DNA of 64,000 nt. Source: Octopus vulgaris. Taxonomy: Eukaryota. Below, piece after piece: positions 56,690-64,000 of the stretch; within the stretch, counting starts at the first letter, position 1; each line of letters starts with the position of its first letter. Position numbers and translations under genes: made by a program. The DNA lies in the NCBI GenBank assembly GCA_951406725.2, contig OX597829.1:42470001-42534000 (forward strand), written 5' to 3'. The notes beneath the pieces were generated by a model. That model was not told the origin of the DNA and did not search any database. It saw nothing but the letters and a program-made list of their open reading frames with translations.

Positions 56690-57099
56690 TTCTACTCTTT
56701 TACTTGTTTCAGTCATTTGACTGCGGCCATGCTGGAGCACCACCTTTAGTCGAGCAAATCGACCCCGGGACTTATTCTTTGTATGCCCAGTACTTATTCT
56801 ATCGGTCTCTTTTTGCGAACCGCTAAGTAACGGGGACGTAAACACACCAGCATCGGTTGTCAAGCGATGTTGGGGGGACAAACACAGACACACAAACATA
56901 TACACAAACACACATACACACATACATACATACACACATACATACACACAGACATATATATATATATACGACGGGCTTTTTTCAATTTCCGTATACCAAA
57001 TCCACTCACAAGCCCTTGGTCGGCCCGAGGCTATAGTAGAAGACACTTGCCCATGTGGTTGGTAAGCAAGCTACTTACCACACAGCCAATCCTGCGCCT
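56690..57099 (-). mobile_element. Family A SINE
   Basis: Matches consensus, deletion in head. Confidence 0.8.
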
Positions 57100-57142
<43 letters not shown>

Positions 57143-57177
57143 CATACAAAAATACATACATACATACATACATACAT

Positions 57178-57210
<33 letters not shown>

Positions 57211-58499
57211 TATATATATATGTATGTATATATACCTGTATACGCATACACGCACATACATATATAAGCACACATACACACATAAACACAACACACACAC
57301 ATACACACACACATATATACGCAGAATTCTCACTAATGCACTCATATGTGCAATAGTGACGCATTTTGAGTGAAGAAGTTATTAAGCGTTACACCGGTCC
57401 GACTGATGACCTATGAATAAAGTGAAATATGATTAATGAAAGAGTGGTGACAAAATATTGCGCACGCATATAAGCACACACTCGGAGAAATGAATTGTAT
57501 AAACGCTAGTGTGTTGAATCTTGTCTCATTTGTCATTGTTCGGTATATGTAGTTCTTTGCCATCCCTTATTGAACAAGTGTAAAGATCAAAGACGTTCCC
57601 TCCGTGATTATCCCGTCTGTCGCGTGTAGCGAGCCCTTTTGCTTGATTTTGTCAAGTAATGAGATTGTCGTCGTTGGTGTTCGGTCGCAAGTCAGCAACG
57701 ACAGAGCAGATCTCATTAAATGCATTCAGCGCATGTGCATCAGTGTCTTTTTCCTTGTATGTAACCGGACTGAGATAAAACACGTCTTTAGAATGTCTGC
57801 GTTTTAGGTAAGATTTGCTTGCTATCCTGAGAAGGACCAGGATGCTTGCAGAAACAACAGTTTAGGCCGATAATAGACACAAACATACATATATACATAC
57901 ATATATACATATATACATATATATATACATTACATACATACATACATCGACATACATACAAGCTGCCTTAAGAGTTCTAAGGAATATTTTTGTCACAAGT
58001 TTTTGCAGTATAGAAAAACGGTGTATTATACCAGGTAACGTTACTGTTTATGTTTTTATGTTTTTACTCATGTAAGAATTAGGTAAAAGATCGTCAGCTG
58101 ATTTATTGCTTGGTACTTTTTAAAAATAGAGCTTTTTTAATAGTGGCTGTGCATTTTCACTTCTTTCCTCATAGTTAGATCCTTCCAATATATTAATTTT
58201 ATTACTATTAAAAGGAGTGTTCCTAATTTATACACATACACGTTTACTATTCATATTAATTTTATTATCATTGGCAGTTTCTGACAGATTTCCTGAATTA
58301 TCTTTTTACCCTGAATACTACTTTTTCTTATAAATGAACCCGTTAGGAGATTATCTTTCTCTTTATCCATTAACAGCTGTAGCTAGTTTTGGCTGGAAGC
58401 CATTCCTATTGTCATAACTTCTAATAAAGATCTCAGTAACCAAGGCTGAGTTTCATTCTCTAGTCCAGTACTCGCTCTGAAAGAAAACATATTTTTCGT

Positions 58500-59200
58500 T
58501 ATCAGTATGTGCAATGATGCATCATTTTATATGCACATTACCAAGATGGCGGCAAAGTGCAGACAAGTAGCAGGACGGATATTAGGGTCCTTCAATACAA
58601 AAGATCAAAAAACCATGTTGATTCTACGGAGAACCTTTGTTCTCAACCGCCTGGACCACTGTTCAGTTATGATCACCACAGAGTGCTAAACTAACAGCGG
58701 ATCTTGGAGCAGTCCAACGCCACTACACTGAAAATATTGAAACGGTGCAGCAGATGAGCTACGGGGAGAGGCTGAAAGAACTGCAACTTTACTCCTTGGA
58801 GCGAAAGAGCGACAGATACGTAATAATCTACATATGAAAAATTCTAGAAGGGCTAGTACCTAATTTTGCATTGAGTGTTATACAAATGCCAGAACTAGAC
58901 GCCATTATATTGTGTCAAAGGTGCTATCTTCTCTATCTAAATTCAGGACCAGGTACCGAAATAGCCTAGGGTTCAAAAGCCTGCATAAAGCGGAATTAGA
59001 TGTATTCGAAAAGGAACTAGGCACCATCCTCTCAACAATACCGGATTAACCAACGGCCCGACATGAGGTACGGACCAGAGCAGCGGAATCAAACTCCCTT
59101 ATACACCAATTGAGCCAACAGCTGGGATCAGCAAAATCACAATGGTGCTCCAGCATGACCGCAGCCACAAGGTTGAAACGAATAAAAGGGTGAAAGAATA
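58500..59200 (+). pseudogene. Decayed CR1-like LINE 3' end (post-RT region and 3' UTR)
   Basis: HITKMAAKCRQVAGRILGSF..TMLILRRTFVLNRLDHCSV then DLGAVQRHYT..MSYGERLKELQLYSLE, typical CR1/L2 C-terminal motifs; frameshifted. Confidence 0.75.
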
Positions 59201-59311
59201 ATATATATATATATATATACACACACACAAACACAGAGAACACACACATATATATATATATATATGTTTGTAAATGACAAGGGAAAAAGAAATTAGATAT
59301 TTAACTTCATT

Positions 59312-59358
59312 AGCTTACAGCAGTTTCTGCTTTAAGTTACAATGCACTCGTCAAAGCT
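59312..59358 (-). ncRNA. Degenerate minimal hammerhead-like motif
   Basis: AGCT-TTGACGA-G-TGC...GCA-GAAA-CTGCTG-TA-AGCT. Confidence 0.5.
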
Positions 59359-59490
59359 TCAAACGGGAACGGCAATTTTATTTGGGAAAATCTCTCTACT
59401 CAAATAACGCTTTTCTCTGATATATGAGTAAAATGAGGTCCAACATCAGATTATTGGTCACGCTATCCCTAAGCGAAATATTAGCATATA

Positions 59491-59525
<35 letters not shown>

Positions 59526-59924
59526 AATACATTTTTGCACAAGGCCAGCAAATTCATGTTGGAGGCTAAGTCAATTATATCGACACTAGTGTTCAATTTA
59601 TTTTATCGACCTCGAAAGGATGAAAGGTAAAATCGACCGCGGCGGAATTTGAACTCAGAACGTAAAAACGCACGATATGCCGCTAAGCATTTTGCTCGGC
59701 GAGCGAACGATTCTGCCAGTTCGCCGCCTTATATATTGTATAAAATATGCAAAGGTTAGACTAATCAAAATATGTTTGTGACACATTTTTACTGCTAAAA
59801 GGCAAATTCACTGCAGTTACCGTAGACTAAGTATTTCTCTTATTGTAAAAACGGCGTGAAAACAACTTATATGTTCAGTGTCGCCATCTACCAAGACTCC
59901 CAGAACATTATATATGTGTCAGAT

Positions 59925-60089
59925 CAGTGGTTCCAAATCTTTTCACTACCAAGGACCACTTTTATTGAAATGAGCTTTACCACCGACCCCGGGATATTGA
60001 AAGGTCTGTCAGCTTAACATGCCTACGGATCTCTAGTACTACCTTTGCGGACCACCAACGGTCCGCGGACAACAGGTTGGAGACTACTA
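59925..60089. mobile_element. hAT (Charlie/MER-like) MITE
   Basis: TIR-like CAGTGGTTCCAAATC / GGTTGGAGACTACTA; 8-bp TSD TGTCAGAT / TGTTAGAT. Confidence 0.7.
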
Positions 60090-60429
60090 TGTTAGATGAT
60101 GGATATATGATTGTATTAACATAATTGTGGTGATAAACGTTTGTACGCATACCGACAAAGGGAGGTAATATATCATAGTTTTTTTCAATGCTTCACTATT
60201 TGTCAGCTTGTTTATCAGTTTACTACTATACTATATTTAGTGTTTTGTGATTTGTGCTTGATTAGCAATAGCGTAGTCTAAAAACTGCTCTTACATCTAA
60301 TCTAGACTGCTCGACATGATTGATAATTCTCATATCTCCACCAACTACACCCGCACCCTCTATTCTTTTATTCTTTTATTCCATATTTAAAAAAAAGATT
60401 CTTTTTGTTCCTTAACTCTATATTCTGTT

Positions 60430-60830
60430 ATCCTATACTTGTTTCAGTCATTAAGCTGAGGCCATGCTGGGGCACCACCTTGAGTTTTCAGTCGAATGAA
60501 TCGACCCCAGTACTTCCCGTCCTTGTAAGCCTGGTACTTATTGTATCGTTCTCTTTCGCCAAAAACACCAAGTTACGGGGAAGTAAACACACCAACACAG
60601 GTTGTCAAAAGGTGGTGGGGTGACAAACACAGACACAAAGACAGCAGAAACACAAAGATAATACATATTTATATACGACGGTCTTCTTTCAGTTTCCGTT
60701 TACAAATTCCACTCACAACGGTTTTGTTGTCCGTGGCTGCAGTAGAAGACACTTGTCAAAGGTGCCACGTAGTGGGACTGAACCCAGAACCTTGTGGTTG
60801 GGAAACAATCTCCTTAATATACAACCACAA
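60430..60830 (-). mobile_element. Older, diverged family A SINE
   Basis: Diverged match to consensus. Confidence 0.7.
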
Positions 60831-61857
60831 CTCTTTTCATAATCTAAATTTTCGTTTTGTCTTCTGCCGAAGCTTAACCTTTCTTATTCTAGATTCTAAT
60901 TCTGCATTTCATATTTAAAAAAACTCCGCGATGGCGTTTCTTACGGACTATGTAATAATAATGCTATTATTCTTGATACAGCTGTAGTGACAAATGTTTT
61001 CAAATACTGCTGATATAAGTTTTTATTGTGCCTTCAAATCTGTGTGTGCGTGAGAGAGTGAACGAGTTTATGAATGCATGTATGCGCGGGTGTGTATGTA
61101 TATACACACTGTGTATATGTATGCGTGTGTTTGTATGTTACAGTGTGTATGCGTATATACACACAATATGATGTCAAGTAAAAAGTTCCTTCTCAGTATT
61201 AAACGATAATACGCAATGACAAGTTGTGAGTTCAGTAACCTGACTTAGTAAAAGGATGGGACAGTAAAGGAGAGATGGAAGAAACTCGTAACCCGATGTC
61301 CTTATGAGGACGACAGTACTAAAACATAAATTATATATATATAGAGAGAGAATCTACTTTTCTACCCAGAACCTTCGTAAATACTAAACGTGCTTATACT
61401 GTCTCCTTCATAAGCTCGTCTTCCTAAGCGTTCATAATAAATTTTCCATCGTCTTGACTTAATAGCCCTCACCGTTTGTTTTTACTGCTTTGTTTTCATT
61501 GTTCTGCTTTTTACTGTTTTTACTTTTTTATTGTTTTTACTGTTTTATTCTCACTGCCCTGTTCATGTTACAATTTTCACCCTCCGCAAAAATCCCAAAT
61601 ATTATTTAATTTGCTTTGCGGGAACGATTGTTTCAATGAAGTCGCGTCTTGTCCTTGCTTTCGAAAACGTGGAGTAGTTGAAACAGGGACAACTGAAGAA
61701 GGGGAATATTCTTTAAGTTGTATGTCTCGTTTCTCTGTTTGTTTGTTTTTTTCGTTGTTCGAAAAAAGTTCGTTTCTATGTTTTTGTTATGTTTTCGTTT
61801 CTCATTGTGTTCAACGTTATTTTATGTCCTGCATCCATATATATGCATGTATATACA

Positions 61858-61962
<105 letters not shown>

Positions 61963-62093
61963 GTTGGTATGTACATATATGTATGTATATATGCATATAT
62001 TTATATATTATTTATATTACATATGTGTATATATATACATATATATATTCATATATACATATGTATACACACACACAGACACACACGCACACG

Positions 62094-62126
<33 letters not shown>

Positions 62127-62541
62127 GTATGTATGTATATGTATAAACAATATTGAATATACATACACCCGGTATGTGTTTCGCTAGTTCTTGGGTAGCT
62201 GCGCTTAATGGCTTCAGAAGATATGTTCTCATCAATTCGCCCGGTGTTGAAACATGGAATTCATAGACAAACGACACAACACGCATTAAGTCCCGTTCAA
62301 GAGCCAATAGGTATCGATGTTTCCTTACTTTTGTGACTTGTCTTACAACGCGTACCCGATACAGCACCCGATGTAAGCTAAAATCATTGTGTACGATTTA
62401 CCTGCAAGTATATATATATATATATTTATTTATATAAACATAGAGACAAGTTTAAGGTACACAAATGATGACGGTGATGATGATGATGATGATGGAACAA
62501 CGCTGGTGATACTGCTGCTGCTGATACTGATGCTGATCATC

Positions 62542-62572
<31 letters not shown>

Positions 62573-63285
62573 TCACCATCATCATCAGCATCATCATCGC
62601 CATCATTAGCATCATGACGAAAGTCCAGAGAGGGAAAAAACACAAACCAACAAAATTATAATAATCAACCAAATATCCACGCTACATAAATATTTTACAA
62701 ACATACAACCACTCATATATAAAATGAAAATACACACAAACCACATACACACACACACACACACACACGCACACTCATATACATTTACCTTGAATAATAC
62801 ACGCACACGAACCCATGTGTATGTGTACCAGCAAATGCACACTCACTAGCGCTCATGCACAAAACGGGCGTACCACTTTAAATACAAATGCAACACACAT
62901 ATCTAATAAAGAATTACTAAAATGCCAGTTACCAAAAGTGAACAACCAGAAAAAGTAGAAGAGGAAGAAGAACAACAATAATGAGAACAACAAGAAGCAA
63001 CACGCTTAAAAACAAAGAGAACACATAAAACCAACACACGAAACAAAAGCAACATTGATCCTTATATCTTGAGATTTGAATATTCTGGCTCTTAATCCAA
63101 CTTACTGGAATCATTGAACTGTCCGTTGTCTGCAAAAGTTCTTATGGTTTTTCCATCTATATACAAGGATTAGATGACGTTTCGGTTCATTTCACTCTAC
63201 TCGGAATTCATAAGACTTGAAAGTTTGACGTAGTCAAACCACTAACCAGAGACTGCGAGTTGTAATGGAGCCGATATGGAAGAAC

Positions 63286-63335
<50 letters not shown>

Positions 63336-63344
63336 ACAAACACA

Positions 63345-63414
<70 letters not shown>

Positions 63415-64000
63415 TACACACACACACACAAACACACACACACATACACACACACACAGACACACAAAAACACACACACACTCTCTCTATATAGATATAT
63501 ATATATAGATCGATAGATAGATATAGATATAGATATATATATGTGTGTATGTGTCTGTGTGTGTATACATATGTGTATATATATATGTTTCATCATAATG
63601 TTTCTCTCTTTATATATATATTTATATTTCATCCTAATATATATATATATATCTTTATATATATCTAACATCTCCCTCTCTCTCCCCACACACAACACAA
63701 ATACACACACTCATATATATATATGATATATGCATTAATGCGTATGTAGGTTTAAGAGGGTATTGTTAAGTATTGCGTATATGTATGCGTGTGTGTGTTC
63801 GTGTGTGTGTGTGTGTGTGTGTGTGAGTATATGTGTGAGTGCGTGCTCGCGTGTGTGTGCGTGTATGTCTGATATGCGTGAGTGCATGCGTGTGCGTTTA
63901 TGTGTGTGTGTGTGTCCGTTGTGTGTGTTTGTGTGTATGTGTGTGTGTTTGCTGTGTGTGTGTGTGTGTGTATGTATGCGCAAGTGTTTATCATTGCGTA

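Noticed and set aside
57393-57445. CTGATGA...GAAA as hammerhead
   Set aside because: No convincing stems I-III.
62167-62246. Minus-strand TTGATGA...CGAAAC hammerhead-like motif
   Set aside because: Stem I out of register by several nucleotides and stem II unsupported.

Overview
AT-rich, microsatellite-saturated animal DNA, intergenic or intronic. The SINE families and repeat landscape look like an octopus/coleoid cephalopod genome; this is recognition from memory and is not verified. No host protein-coding gene can be supported, and almost all listed ORFs are translations of (TA)n, (CA)n, (TACA)n, (ATCT)n and triplet repeats. The real coding content is transposon-derived: two young Penelope-like retroelements (RT + GIY-YIG; 24130-26086 and 49354-51670, both minus strand), each framed by 0.75-0.92 kb inverted copies of its own 3' end, plus fragments of Tx1/L1-like, CR1-like and mariner elements, a non-autonomous Helitron, a hAT MITE and many tRNA-derived SINEs. 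The most striking signal is a dense set of about 17 minimal type-I hammerhead-ribozyme-like motifs from about 11 sequence families. They lie in the Penelope termini and in short non-coding, mostly (TA)n-bounded mini-elements, often inside fold-back inverted repeats. They include a recurrent non-canonical core (CUGUNGA-A) and a tRNA-head/hammerhead fusion. Together these suggest a Penelope-driven, (TA)n-targeted population of ribozyme-carrying (retrozyme-like) elements.
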